A stretch of 64,000 nucleotides of DNA from Steroidobacteraceae bacterium (GTDB taxonomy: Bacteria; Pseudomonadota; Gammaproteobacteria; Steroidobacterales; Steroidobacteraceae): assembly GCA_017853175.1 (NCBI GenBank), contig JAFMKA010000002.1, positions 41,651-105,650 on the forward strand. The letters are read 5' to 3'. Both the position numbers and the translations under genes were made by a program. The notes below the pieces were generated by a model. That model saw nothing but the letters and a program-made list of their open reading frames with translations, was not told the DNA's origin and searched no databases. Positions 1-10,020 of the stretch are shown in pieces. Each line of letters begins with the position of its first letter. Position 1 is the stretch's first letter.

Positions 1-45
1 CATGAGGCGGCAAAAGATAGCACGCCCGCGGGCACCCGGCGCCCG

Positions 46-705
46 TCAGGCAGAGCTGCGTGAGACTGCCGCCAGTCGCTGCACCCCGGAGAGCGTGGTT
101 TCCCAGAGGGCCGTGCGGTTCCCCGCTTTGGCTGCCTGAATGCGGCGACGCCAAAAGAGGACGTCTTCACCCCAGCGCAGACTCACACAGGGCCCCGCGG
201 TTTCAGCTAACTCGTCGATTTGTGGCAACTCGAGTGCGCGTAACGCCGCGCAACCCGCCGGGGACAAACCGAGCAAAAGGGACGCCGCTGCAGGACGCGA
301 CTGAGCCGTCTGCCAAGCGAAATAACACACGATGCGAGCAAAGCCCTGGCCCGCCTGCCCCTCGCACAAACCGGGAGGTAGACGCGGTAACCCGACCCCC
401 GTCTGCACCCGCCGCCACAGCGCGAAGGCCGTATCGGTGGAGAGGTCGAATAGCAGGTAAGGACAGTCGGCGACCGACGCGAGCACGCCGTCTTCGAGGC
501 CAAGCCATTCCTCGCGGAGCATGGACGCCGCCGACGGCAGAACGATTTTTGAGCTCTCGAGGGCGTCTCGAAGGATTCGCAAGCCGCGAAGGTTCATGCC
601 GCCGACTTGGCGGATGATCTCGCGATCGACACTGCGAGCGAAATCGGTTTCAGTGGTAGCGAGTGAGATGGGGTCGGGATTTGAGGGTTTTTTGTCGGTG
701 GCCAT
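46..705 (-). CDS. hypothetical protein (divergent partner of the FlhC-like gene)
   Basis: ORF 46..783 trimmed to the ATG at 703-705. GGAGG (711-715, coding strand) lies 5 nt upstream of that ATG. The 78 nt above it are AT-rich and look non-coding. No family recognised by eye. Confidence 0.55.
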   Translation of the reverse strand: MATDKKPSNPDPISLATTETDFARSVDREIIRQVGGMNLRGLRILRDALESSKIVLPSAASMLREEWLGLEDGVLASVADCPYLLFDLSTDTAFALWRRVQTGVGLPRLPPGLCEGQAGQGFARIVCYFAWQTAQSRPAAASLLLGLSPAGCAALRALELPQIDELAETAGPCVSLRWGEDVLFWRRRIQAAKAGNRTALWETTLSGVQRLAAVSRSSA

Positions 706-812
706 GCATTCCTCCGTTTTTTCGCCGGAAATGGTCGCCCAAACCAACTTGGAACGCAGCGTTTGTTTTGGGATATTTTCCATCGAAATACATTCTTTGA
801 CAGGCCCGCCCC

Positions 813-1418
813 ATGCACGTCACCGATGAGCGCTATAAGCGTGACCGTCTGCGTCTCGAACTCGCCCTGCGTCTCATCCGCCATGAGGCGCGTACGCATA
901 CCATCCGCCACTGGACGGGCCTAAGCGACGATCGAGTCCGCAAGCTCTACCGCTCGTACATCAAACCCGGCGCGGGCGTTCGCAGGCATCGTGGTAAATC
1001 ACCGGCACAGGTCAGTTATTTCCTCCGCGCCACGACCGTCGGTGCCGAAGCGCACGCCCTCGCCTCCATCCTGCTTCTGTTCGGCGCCATCAACGACCAG
1101 CCTGATCCCGCATCCCTTAAAAAAATTCCGACCATCGCTCGGGGTCGCCTGCTCTGCGATTCCTACGAAGCGTACCGGCGCGTCTCACCTCGCCCCCGCA
1201 TCGATTTCGAGCACGCCGCTTTTCTCGCTAAAGCGCTCACCCTCGGAGATGAAATTCGTTTGCGTTTCTGTGCGGCCTGTCAGGCGCTCAACATCGTCGA
1301 AACCGTCACCCTTCGCGATCCGTCGTGCCGAGCCTGCGAGGCGCCCATGCCCGAAAAACCGACCGGTAGCCGCGGGTCGGCGCGACTCTCGACCCACTCA
1401 CACGCCAAGCCAGACTGA
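813..1418 (+). CDS. FlhC-like transcriptional regulator (zinc-ribbon C-terminus)
   Basis: The N-terminal pattern RLRLELALRLIRHEARTHTIRHWTGLSDDRVRKLYRSY resembles the FlhC N-terminus. The C-terminal CAAC...CRAC pair matches the FlhC Cys4 zinc site. There is no flhD and no flagellar gene nearby. Confidence 0.5.
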   Translation: MHVTDERYKRDRLRLELALRLIRHEARTHTIRHWTGLSDDRVRKLYRSYIKPGAGVRRHRGKSPAQVSYFLRATTVGAEAHALASILLLFGAINDQPDPASLKKIPTIARGRLLCDSYEAYRRVSPRPRIDFEHAAFLAKALTLGDEIRLRFCAACQALNIVETVTLRDPSCRACEAPMPEKPTGSRGSARLSTHSHAKPD

Positions 1419-1482
1419 TAGAATTCCGGCACTTCGCAGGCGCGTGCCATGCGAGCACGTTCCTCACGCGAAGCCGCAATTC

Positions 1483-2469
1483 ATGCCGTCATCCTCAGAA
1501 CGCTCCGCAGCCAATTTTCTCGCCGGGTCTTACCTCGACCGGCGCGCCGAGCTACGCGAAGATCCGTATTGGCTCGAGTCGGCGCGGGCCGATGCCGAAA
1601 CGCTGTTCCTGCCTGCACAAGGCACCGCGCTCGGGGTCGTGGGTGATCCGCCCACCGCAGCCTTCATCGACCACTCTCACGATCTCGTTCGTTCGAGTCC
1701 CGACGACTCTCTGGTGTTGCTCGGCTGGTTTCGTGATCGACGCTGTGTCCTCGTTCAGCTCGATGAACACCCAATGGCCGATCGCTCGCGCGACGATGCC
1801 TTCCGGTTCGAAGAATTACGACCTCTAGCCGGTACGCTCGGCGCTGAGGAGGCCGGTTTACTCGCTTACGCGCGAGCCCTCGCGTTTTGGCAAAGGCGGC
1901 ATCGACATTGCGGAGTCTGCGGGTCGCCAACGCGACCGACTCGGGCAGGCCATGTCATGACCTGCCGAGATCCCGAGTGTGCCGCCGAATTTTTTCCTCG
2001 AATCGATCCGGCCATCATCGTTCTCGTGAGCGACGGCGAGCGGGCTCTGCTCGGCCGCCAAGCGTCTTGGCCAGAAGGTCGCTATTCAACCATCGCCGGG
2101 TTCGTCGAACCGGGTGAGAGTCTCGAAGATGCGGTCGCTCGCGAGGTACTCGAGGAAACGGGTGTCCGCGTCGTCGCAAGCGATTACCACTCCTCCCAAC
2201 CTTGGCCTTTCCCGTCATCGCTGATGCTGGGGTTCATGGCGACCGCAGAACCCGGCGCGATCGCCCGGGCTGGTAGCGAGCTCGAGGATGCACGCTGGGT
2301 CACTCGGGAGGACATCGCCTCGGGAGACGTCGTCCTTCCTCCACCGACTTCGATCTCGCATCGTTTGATCGCCAACTGGTTCGACGCAGGATCAACCGTG
2401 CCGCTGCGCACGATGCGATCCCGTAGTTGGGGCGCGACTGCGCCCCGAGGAAAGGCGGTAAGCGGGTAG
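1483..2469 (+). CDS. nudC: NAD+ diphosphatase / NADH pyrophosphatase
   Basis: ORF 991..2469 trimmed to ATG 1483, because the 5' part overlaps the FlhC-like gene. Zinc ribbon CGVCGSPT...CRDPEC is followed by Nudix box GFVEPGESLEDAVAREVLEETGV and SQPWPFPSS, which is typical of NudC. Confidence 0.85.
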   Translation: MPSSSERSAANFLAGSYLDRRAELREDPYWLESARADAETLFLPAQGTALGVVGDPPTAAFIDHSHDLVRSSPDDSLVLLGWFRDRRCVLVQLDEHPMADRSRDDAFRFEELRPLAGTLGAEEAGLLAYARALAFWQRRHRHCGVCGSPTRPTRAGHVMTCRDPECAAEFFPRIDPAIIVLVSDGERALLGRQASWPEGRYSTIAGFVEPGESLEDAVAREVLEETGVRVVASDYHSSQPWPFPSSLMLGFMATAEPGAIARAGSELEDARWVTREDIASGDVVLPPPTSISHRLIANWFDAGSTVPLRTMRSRSWGATAPRGKAVSG

Positions 2470-2479
2470 AATCCGGGGC

Positions 2480-4306
2480 GTGATCCGCATGATCCGCCGC
2501 CCCTTCATCCGAACGTTGTTCTGCCTCGCGAGCCTGGTTGTCGCGAGCAGTTCGGCCGTTGCGGACATCGACATCGAAATCAACGGTGTCGAAGGAGCGA
2601 TGCGTCGCAACGTGCTCACTTTTCTGAGCCTCGAACGATACAAGGGCCGTGACGATCTCGATCAAGCCCTGATCGAGCGTTTACAGGAGCGCGCAGAGCG
2701 CGAGGCGGCGAACGCGCTGCGCCCCTTCGGTTACTACGAGGCTCAAGTTACCTCCACCGTCGAGCTCGTCGGCGAAGGGCGATGGCGCGCGCGACTCAAT
2801 ATCGATCTTGGAAAACCGGTGATCTTGGAAAACGTCGAGATCGGCGTAACGGGCGCGGGAAGCGAGGATCCGGCCTTTCGTGCCTTGCTGTCTACGGCGC
2901 CGCTCAAGAACGGTAGCCGTCTGGACCACGCGAGCTACGACACGCTCAAAGATGGGCTGCGTCGAACGGCGGCCACGCTCGGTTATGTCGATGCAACTTT
3001 GACGGCGAGCGAATTATGGGTCGACCCCTCACGACATGCCGCCTCGGTACGGCTCGTCATGAATACAGGCGAGCGATATCGATTCGGAGCGACCACCATC
3101 GAGCAGCGCTCGCTCGAAGAGTCACTGCTTCGACGATTTCTTAGATATGAAGAATCCGCACCCTACGATGCCACGCAATTATTGAGGACGCAGTTCGCAC
3201 TCGATGACAGTCAATATTTTTCGAATGTCGAAGTGCTCGCCGGATCGCCGGATATCGACAAGCGCGTCATTCCGGTCAGCATTCGGGCAGAACCCAATCG
3301 TCGCAACCGTTATTCAGTGGGCGCGGGCTACGCCACAGACAGCAAAGCTCGCGGCACTCTGACTTGGGAAAATCGTCGCCTCAACGACCGAGGTCATCGC
3401 TCACGTGCCGAAATCAAGGCCGCACAACTCGAGCAGTCGGTCGAGGCGCGCTATATCGTTCCGATCGGCGATCCGGCGCTCGAGAAGCTCGGCTTCGAAT
3501 GGCGTTACTCGCGCGACGAGTTGGGCGATCTCGATACTCGAACTACTCGCTTCCAGCCCTCGGTCACTCAAGTTAACGGCGACTGGCAACGCGTGATGTT
3601 CGCTTCGCTGAGCCGTGTTCGAACCATCACAGCTGGCTCTTTGAGTCGTAGTGACATCGATGAATCGACGACGCTCGTGATTCCCGGAATCAGCTATGCC
3701 TCCATTCCACGCGGTTATCTGGGCGAGGCGTTGTTCTCGCGCGCGCTCTACGCGGAGCTTCGCGGCTCAGCGACGGGCCTCGGCGCCGAAGAGGATTACC
3801 TTCAACTGCGAATCGAAGCAGAGAGAGTTTTCGATCTCGGACCTCGTTGGCATCTTTTTTTGCGAGGCCAAGTGGGTGCAACGTTGGTATCGGATGCGAC
3901 GAAACTTCCGGGTACCGAGCGATTTTTCGCTGGTGGTGATCGCAGCGTCCGCGGCTTCGGATACAACGATCTCTCACCGATCGAGGAAGGCAGCACCAAA
4001 GTCGGTGGTCGACATCTCGCAACGGGAACTCTCGAAGTCATCCGCGATCTGCCGCGAAATCTCGGCATCGCAGCATTCGTCGACGCCGGTAACGCATTCA
4101 ATTCTTTCGGAGACCCCATTCAGTACTCGGTCGGCATCGGCGTGAGGCTTCGATTGCCGATCGTCACGCTCGGAATCGACATCGCTCAGCCGCTGACGAA
4201 TCCGGCGTGCCGCAGTGTCACGCCAGATCCGCGCTGCAATCTCGAGCCCGGCTTCGATAAGCGCCCGGGCCCGCGCTTGCACTTCAATTTCTCGCCGAAG
4301 CTCTGA
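2480..4306 (+). CDS. tamA: translocation and assembly module outer-membrane subunit TamA (Omp85 family)
   Basis: Signal peptide (FCLASLVVASSSAVA), POTRA-like N-terminus and an Omp85 barrel C-terminus ending in an aromatic-rich strand. tamB follows immediately. Start is GTG 2480 or ATG 2489. Confidence 0.85.
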   Translation: MIRMIRRPFIRTLFCLASLVVASSSAVADIDIEINGVEGAMRRNVLTFLSLERYKGRDDLDQALIERLQERAEREAANALRPFGYYEAQVTSTVELVGEGRWRARLNIDLGKPVILENVEIGVTGAGSEDPAFRALLSTAPLKNGSRLDHASYDTLKDGLRRTAATLGYVDATLTASELWVDPSRHAASVRLVMNTGERYRFGATTIEQRSLEESLLRRFLRYEESAPYDATQLLRTQFALDDSQYFSNVEVLAGSPDIDKRVIPVSIRAEPNRRNRYSVGAGYATDSKARGTLTWENRRLNDRGHRSRAEIKAAQLEQSVEARYIVPIGDPALEKLGFEWRYSRDELGDLDTRTTRFQPSVTQVNGDWQRVMFASLSRVRTITAGSLSRSDIDESTTLVIPGISYASIPRGYLGEALFSRALYAELRGSATGLGAEEDYLQLRIEAERVFDLGPRWHLFLRGQVGATLVSDATKLPGTERFFAGGDRSVRGFGYNDLSPIEEGSTKVGGRHLATGTLEVIRDLPRNLGIAAFVDAGNAFNSFGDPIQYSVGIGVRLRLPIVTLGIDIAQPLTNPACRSVTPDPRCNLEPGFDKRPGPRLHFNFSPKL

Positions 4307-4313
4307 GCGCGAT

Positions 4314-7300
4314 ATGAAACGGCGAAATACTTTGGTCGCGGTTTTGATCACGCTCTTGCTCGCGGTACCGATCGCAGGACTCTGGACGCTCGGCCACTCC
4401 GAATCGGCCTTACAGCGGCTCGTGTCGCTGGTACCCGAGAAATTCGGCACTTTGCAGAAGCTCTCGATTCGTGATGTCCGAGGCACGCTCGCAGACGGTT
4501 TCCAAATTGGCGCTGTTGATATCGAGCACGATATCGTGAGCCTGCAACTGCGTGACGTGAGGGCACGAGTCGATCTGATTCCTTTGCTTTGGCAATCGGT
4601 CGAGGCGTCCGAGCTCTCCGTCGGCGAGCTCGTCATCAAACAAGAGGAGCGCGATCAGCCGCCTCCCGACAAACCTCCGCGCTTTCTCCCTCGCTTGCTC
4701 ACCGTCGAGCTGCGCGCTGCCAAAATTCCCGTGATGGAAATTCATCCGATGAAGGGTGACCCGGTCGTCATCCGAAATATCGACTTCCAAGCCATGGTTC
4801 GCAGTACCACGATCAAGTTTGGGAAGCTCGATGCATCGCTCGGTGGAATGCGTCTCGAACTTACGGGATTGTTGAGCTCAGCGATGCCGCTCGAACTCGA
4901 GGGCGATATCCGCATGGCCTACGACCCTCGCCGCGGGCCGCGTTGGCGGGCCGAGGGGCGCTTCGACGGTGATCTCGATAACGCTCGTTTGCAGGCGACG
5001 CTGCTAGAACCTTTCGATGTCCGTCTCGAAGACGGCTCGATGAAATTGCTCGCACCGTGGAGCGTTCGCGGCGAGGCCTCGGTTGCTAATCTCGACGTCC
5101 GCAAATTCGGTGGCTCAGCGTTCCTGGGACTCATCGGCGGCAACGTGTCGATCATCGCCGACCGAGATGGCTATCGAGTGACAGGACGTCTTCTGCCACC
5201 CGGACTCGAAGCAGGCCCGATCGATGTCAGCTTCGATGGTTTTTACTTTCGTAACGTACTCACCGCACGCCGCATCACGCTCGCCCATGCCGGTGCGAAC
5301 ACGCAGGCTGAAATCTTCGGGACCTTCACTCCGACCGAAGAGGGTCTTGTGCTCGATCTTGAAGGGCGATGGACAAAGCTTCGCTGGCCCCTCGCCGACA
5401 CGACGCCGGCACTCGACAGCACTCGCGGACAATTTACGTTTCGCGGTTATGGTCCGTATGCGATCAGCGCCAAAGCCGATGCGCGTATCGGTGCGCTGCC
5501 TCGTATCGAGGCAAATCTCGAGGCCACTCTCGAACCTGGTCGATTCGAGTTGACGAGCATTGAAGCGCGCGCACTCGATGGGTCTGCAAGCTTAACCGGC
5601 GAGATCGCCTGGCGCCCGAGCGAGCGCTGGCAGATTAGCGGACCGGTCCGGGGAGTGAACCCGGGAAACATCCGCTCTGCTTTGCCAGGCAATGTGAATT
5701 TCTCACTCGACGCACGCGGCCGCGGTTTTGGCGCACGCAGCACCATCGACGTCGAGGTCAAAAATCTCTCAGGACGTTTACGAGGCACGCCCGCGCGAGG
5801 ATCGGGAGCGCTGACCGTCGCGGGCGACATGCTGCAGTTCAAAGATATCGATCTGTCGGCTGGCGGACTACGACTGGCTCTCGATGGAAGTCTGACACCC
5901 CGTCGGAACGACCTGAATTTCAGAATCTTCGCCGATGACCTTGGCGTACTTGCAGAAGGTGGAACGGGAAAATTACGCGCTAACGGAACCTTACGTGGTG
6001 CACCTAATGCGATGAAAGTGCGGCTCGACGCGAGTGGCGAGAACTTGACTCTCAATGACCTCAAGATCGGGCGACTCTCGGCAAATGTCGATCTCGACCC
6101 GACAGGAGGCGCTGAAGCGTCAGCGACGGCGCGCGTCGAAGTCGACGATATCCGTGCCTTGGGGCGTCGCGCCGAGCGCCTGAGACTCGACATCGCCGGT
6201 CGCAGCGCCGCACACACCATTGGCGTCGAGATCTCTGGCAATGACATCGGGCTTTCGGCGCAAGCCAATGGGCGTTTCGATGTTCAAGGCTGGACTCAGC
6301 AGTGGTCGACCCTCGCCTTGAGACTGCCGGATAACATCGTGCTCGGGCTCGAGCAGTCACTCGGCATTCAGCTCACGACCGACTCCATTACCGTGTCGCC
6401 CTTCTGTCTCCGCGGAGAGAAAGGCTCCAGCCTGACCGATGCGGCAACGCTCTGCGCGTCAGGCCGTCGAAACGATACCGGCTGGGCGATGGACGCTGCC
6501 GCGTCGCGCTTACCGATCGCGAGTCTTCTGCCTCCGCCTAACGCGAAGGCTCAATACCAGGGCTCGGTCAATGCATCGGTCAACCTACGCTCAGCAGTCG
6601 ATGGTTCTCCACGGGGCCTCGCGCGAGCGGACTTCGAGGGCGCCGCGCTACGCTGGCAGCGTGCCGGCGGCCGACAAGACCTCATTCCGCTCGGCTCCGG
6701 ATCCTTAATCGTCGAATCGAACGACGAAGGCCTCTTCGGCACGCTGGACGTTGCTGCCGATCAGCGAGGGCGCGCGCGCGGCGAACTCAAAGCTCTTCGC
6801 AGCGATGATCTCGAGTCGGTAGCGTGGCGCGATCTCCCGATCACGGCCACGTTACGCGCCGACTCCTCGGCCCTCGCACTTCTTTATCTTTACGTTCCGG
6901 AGATCGATCGATCCGCCGGAGAGCTGTCGATGGACTTGATCATCGGCGGAACGCTCGGCACGCCGCTCGTCAATGGCGTCGTGCGTCTCGAAAAAGGCGA
7001 GCTCGACTTCTATCAGGTGAATCTCGCACTCCGCGGTATTCGCGCTGAAGCCCGTCTCATCGACAATGGGTTCGTTCTCGATGCCTCGGCTCGCGCAGGT
7101 GAAGGCACCATTCAAGCTGACGCACAGCTGACTTGGCGCGGGGGTGAACCTTATGGCGAGCTTCAACTGAAAGGCTCCGACCTTGTCGTCATCGACGTGC
7201 CCGAGGCTCGAATCACCGCCTCTCCCGATCTGCGCTTCAAAGTTTCGGGTCGTGATCTCGAAGCGACGGGTACCGTACTGATTCCCGCCGCACGTATCAC

Positions 7301-8084
7301 CCCTGCCGATCTGACCGGTGCAACGCTGACCTCCGGTGATGAACGTCTCGTGGGAGCTGAGCCTCCAGATCCTGAAAGTTCCTTCCGGGTGTCGAGCAAC
7401 CTGCGTCTCACTCTCGGTGATCGTGTGACGCTCGACTCTTTTGGTCTATCTGGGCGTCTGGCCGGATCACTGAACCTGGTGACAACAGCCGATGGAACGA
7501 GTCGCGGATCGGGTGAACTCGGTGTTGCAGAAGGAAAGTATGCGGCACTCGGACGACGCCTCGACATCGAGCGCGGGCGACTGATTTTCTCGGGGGGACT
7601 GCTCAATGATCCGGGCGTGGAGATTCGCGCGACAAAAGAATTCCCCGATGTTCGCGCCGGCGTCAACGTGCGTGGCTCCCTGCGTGAACCACGAATGACC
7701 TTTTTTTCAGAGCCTTCACTGCCGCAATCGCAGGTGGTCTCGCTGATTCTCGCGGGCGGTACGTTGGAGTCGGCGCAGAGCAGCAGCCAGGGTAATGCAG
7801 GCCGTGACACCCTGCTCGCTCAAGGCGGAGCCATCCTCGCCCAACAACTTGGCCAGCGTATCGGCATCGAAGACGTGGGTATCGAGCAAAATCTTGCCAA
7901 CGAGACCTCTCTGGTTTTTGGAAAGTATCTCTCTAGCCGGCTATATGTGAGCTACGGTGTATCGCTCGCGGAAGCCATCAATACCCTAAAGCTCCGCTAC
8001 AGCATCAACGATCGCTGGACCTTGCGGACCGAGGCGGGCAAAGAGTCGAGCGCCGAGGTCGTTTACACCGTCGAGAAGAACTGA
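4314..8084 (+). CDS. tamB: translocation and assembly module inner-membrane subunit TamB
   Basis: ORF 4215..8084 trimmed to ATG 4314 (MKRRNTLVAVLITLLLAVPIAG anchor), 8 nt after the tamA stop. About 1250-aa beta-rich protein with a DUF490-type C-terminus (RYSINDRWTLRTEAG). Confidence 0.85.
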   Translation: MKRRNTLVAVLITLLLAVPIAGLWTLGHSESALQRLVSLVPEKFGTLQKLSIRDVRGTLADGFQIGAVDIEHDIVSLQLRDVRARVDLIPLLWQSVEASELSVGELVIKQEERDQPPPDKPPRFLPRLLTVELRAAKIPVMEIHPMKGDPVVIRNIDFQAMVRSTTIKFGKLDASLGGMRLELTGLLSSAMPLELEGDIRMAYDPRRGPRWRAEGRFDGDLDNARLQATLLEPFDVRLEDGSMKLLAPWSVRGEASVANLDVRKFGGSAFLGLIGGNVSIIADRDGYRVTGRLLPPGLEAGPIDVSFDGFYFRNVLTARRITLAHAGANTQAEIFGTFTPTEEGLVLDLEGRWTKLRWPLADTTPALDSTRGQFTFRGYGPYAISAKADARIGALPRIEANLEATLEPGRFELTSIEARALDGSASLTGEIAWRPSERWQISGPVRGVNPGNIRSALPGNVNFSLDARGRGFGARSTIDVEVKNLSGRLRGTPARGSGALTVAGDMLQFKDIDLSAGGLRLALDGSLTPRRNDLNFRIFADDLGVLAEGGTGKLRANGTLRGAPNAMKVRLDASGENLTLNDLKIGRLSANVDLDPTGGAEASATARVEVDDIRALGRRAERLRLDIAGRSAAHTIGVEISGNDIGLSAQANGRFDVQGWTQQWSTLALRLPDNIVLGLEQSLGIQLTTDSITVSPFCLRGEKGSSLTDAATLCASGRRNDTGWAMDAAASRLPIASLLPPPNAKAQYQGSVNASVNLRSAVDGSPRGLARADFEGAALRWQRAGGRQDLIPLGSGSLIVESNDEGLFGTLDVAADQRGRARGELKALRSDDLESVAWRDLPITATLRADSSALALLYLYVPEIDRSAGELSMDLIIGGTLGTPLVNGVVRLEKGELDFYQVNLALRGIRAEARLIDNGFVLDASARAGEGTIQADAQLTWRGGEPYGELQLKGSDLVVIDVPEARITASPDLRFKVSGRDLEATGTVLIPAARITPADLTGATLTSGDERLVGAEPPDPESSFRVSSNLRLTLGDRVTLDSFGLSGRLAGSLNLVTTADGTSRGSGELGVAEGKYAALGRRLDIERGRLIFSGGLLNDPGVEIRATKEFPDVRAGVNVRGSLREPRMTFFSEPSLPQSQVVSLILAGGTLESAQSSSQGNAGRDTLLAQGGAILAQQLGQRIGIEDVGIEQNLANETSLVFGKYLSSRLYVSYGVSLAEAINTLKLRYSINDRWTLRTEAGKESSAEVVYTVEKN

Positions 8085-8144
8085 ACCGCACGTTTCAGAT
8101 CATCGGAACTTGGCTCCGCATTCGGGCGAGGTAAACTTGAACTC

Positions 8145-8828
8145 GTGATCCGGGAACGCTATCTCAAGGTGCTGGCCATCGCTTTTGCGATGCTTTGGAT
8201 AACTTTGGCCATCGCTCCTTACGATCGGGACACGTGGCTACTCGAGAACGCTCTGCTGCTGCTCGGTGTGTTCGTTCTTTGGAAAACACGTCGATCACTC
8301 CCGCTTTCGACCGCGTCCTATACCTTGCTCTTCATATTTCTTTGTTTGCACGCTGTCGGGGCGCACTTCACCTACTCGCTCGTCCCCTACGACGACGCCA
8401 TTCGGACTCTCAGTGGCTCCTCGATCACCGAGGCCCTCGGATTGAATCGCAATCACTATGACCGACTCGTTCATTTCGCATACGGGCTTCTTCTCGTTCT
8501 GCCGGTCCGAGAGCTTCTGGTGTTATTCGCGAGAGTTCGCGGATTCTGGAGTTATTTCTTGCCGCTCGATATCGTCATGTCCACATCACTTCTGTATGAA
8601 CTGATCGAATGGGGTGCGGCCGTGACGTACGGCGGTGATCTCGGTGCTGCATTCCTCGGCACCCAAGGTGACGAATGGGATGCTCACCGGGACATGGCGC
8701 TCGCAGGACTCGGTGGGCTTATTGCTGCGCTCGCCATTTTCGCCGTGAACACCTGGCGCAGAAGCGATATCAGCCTCGACTGGTTTGCCTCGCTCGGTCG
8801 CCTCGACGATCACGAGAGTCGCCGATGA
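8145..8828 (+). CDS. DUF2238/YjdF-like inner membrane protein
   Basis: Multi-pass membrane protein. The N-terminal LAIAPYDRDTWLLEN... and HAVGAHFTYSLVPYDD patterns resemble DUF2238. GTG start. Confidence 0.6.
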   Translation: MIRERYLKVLAIAFAMLWITLAIAPYDRDTWLLENALLLLGVFVLWKTRRSLPLSTASYTLLFIFLCLHAVGAHFTYSLVPYDDAIRTLSGSSITEALGLNRNHYDRLVHFAYGLLLVLPVRELLVLFARVRGFWSYFLPLDIVMSTSLLYELIEWGAAVTYGGDLGAAFLGTQGDEWDAHRDMALAGLGGLIAALAIFAVNTWRRSDISLDWFASLGRLDDHESRR

Positions 8829-9289
8829 GTCGACACCTACTCATCGTTTACGGCGGTCACCCCGGTGGACGAACGGAAAAACTGCGCATCGCCGTGACGG
8901 ATGGCATACGCGAGGCTGCGACAGACATCGACGTTCGGGAACTCCGCGCCCTCGACGCCGGTGCGGACGATCTTTTGTGGGCTAACGCTGTCATTCTTGG
9001 TACACCCGAACATTTCGGTTATATGTCGGGTACACTCAAAGATTTTTTCGATCGAACGTTTTACCCTTGTGAAAACCGCACTGCGGGGCTGCCATGGGGC
9101 CTTTTCATCAGCGCCGGTAACGACGGCACAGGAACGCGCGCCGCCGTCGAACGCATCGTGTCGGGCTACCGATGGAAGAGCGTGACCGAACCCATCATCG
9201 TAGTGGGAGAGCCTGACGCTGCAGCACTCGACCGCTGTCGAGAGCTCGGCGCAACGCTCGCCGCAGGTCTCGCCGCCGAAATTTTTTAA
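8825..9289 (+). CDS. flavodoxin-like fold protein (NAD(P)H-dependent FMN reductase-like)
   Basis: ORF trimmed to ATG 8825, which overlaps the upstream stop (ATGA). LLIVYGGHPGGRTEKL ... AVILGTPEHFGYMSGTLKDFFDR is typical of flavodoxin-like quinone reductases. Confidence 0.6.
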   Translation: MSRHLLIVYGGHPGGRTEKLRIAVTDGIREAATDIDVRELRALDAGADDLLWANAVILGTPEHFGYMSGTLKDFFDRTFYPCENRTAGLPWGLFISAGNDGTGTRAAVERIVSGYRWKSVTEPIIVVGEPDAAALDRCRELGATLAAGLAAEIF

Positions 9290-10020
9290 CGACCTAGAGC
9301 TTTCGCCGCAGCAGCAAAATCGGGCGCCAGGGCGAGCGCGCGTTCAAATTCGCGTCGGGCGCCCGCCGCGTCGCCCGCATCTCGCGCACAACGACCCGAC
9401 CAATAATGTGACTCGGCTGCGCCCCAGCTCACCCCGGCAGGGGACGGCGCTGCTGAGGAGCCGGCGGCGTCGAAGCTCGAGGCGGCCTCCTTGAAGCGCG
9501 CGCAACCTTTGCCTTTGTCGCCGCCGACGAATTTCGGCCGGAAGTAGACGCCGAATCCGTCGATCAACATGACGCGCGGATTGCGTGCATCGAGCGCGAG
9601 CGCTGCCTCGATGCTCTTACCGCTGCGAGAACCGTTACGAATAGCGCCCATGCCACCGAGGTTGGCCAAGTAGCCATAGCAGGCCGACTGCAGGGCATGC
9701 GCCTCAGCCGATTTCGGATCACGCTTCAAGGCGAGATCGAGCGCCTCGTTGCACGCGTCGCCGGCGCGCTCGGCATCACTCTCTCGCTTGGTATAAATCG
9801 ACAGCTGAAGAATGCGGAACTGCACGTAAGCGTGGGTATAGAGCTCTTTTGGGTTTTGCGACTTCGACCAGGCTGAAGTCGTCGTCGCGAGCCGTGCCAG
9901 CTCTGCGGTGTTACCCGTCAAGTAAGCCGACTGCGCTTTGGTTGCAACCGAGGTGATGTCCTGCGCCGATGCGAAGTTAGCGGCGAGCAAAGATAGCGCA
10001 ATGAGTCCGATGCGGATCAT
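9286..10020 (-). CDS. secreted helical-repeat (TPR-like) protein
   Basis: Trimmed to ATG 10020 (MIRIGLIALSLLAANFASAQD signal peptide), which overlaps the upstream SDR stop (ATGA). Ala-rich helical repeats. No specific family recognised. Confidence 0.5.
   Translation of the reverse strand: MIRIGLIALSLLAANFASAQDITSVATKAQSAYLTGNTAELARLATTTSAWSKSQNPKELYTHAYVQFRILQLSIYTKRESDAERAGDACNEALDLALKRDPKSAEAHALQSACYGYLANLGGMGAIRNGSRSGKSIEAALALDARNPRVMLIDGFGVYFRPKFVGGDKGKGCARFKEAASSFDAAGSSAAPSPAGVSWGAAESHYWSGRCARDAGDAAGARREFERALALAPDFAAAAKALGR

Noticed and set aside
991-1482. 5' extension of the NudC ORF (492-aa reading frame starting at 991).
   Set aside because: It overlaps the FlhC-like gene in another frame and is Pro/Ser/Arg-rich low-complexity. 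NudC homology only begins near ATG 1483.
5447-7810. Long minus-strand ORFs inside tamB (5447-6268, 273 aa; 7163-7810, 215 aa).
   Set aside because: Arg/Ser/Pro/Ala-rich composition with no motifs. They lie fully inside a confidently called 1250-aa gene and are antisense shadows.
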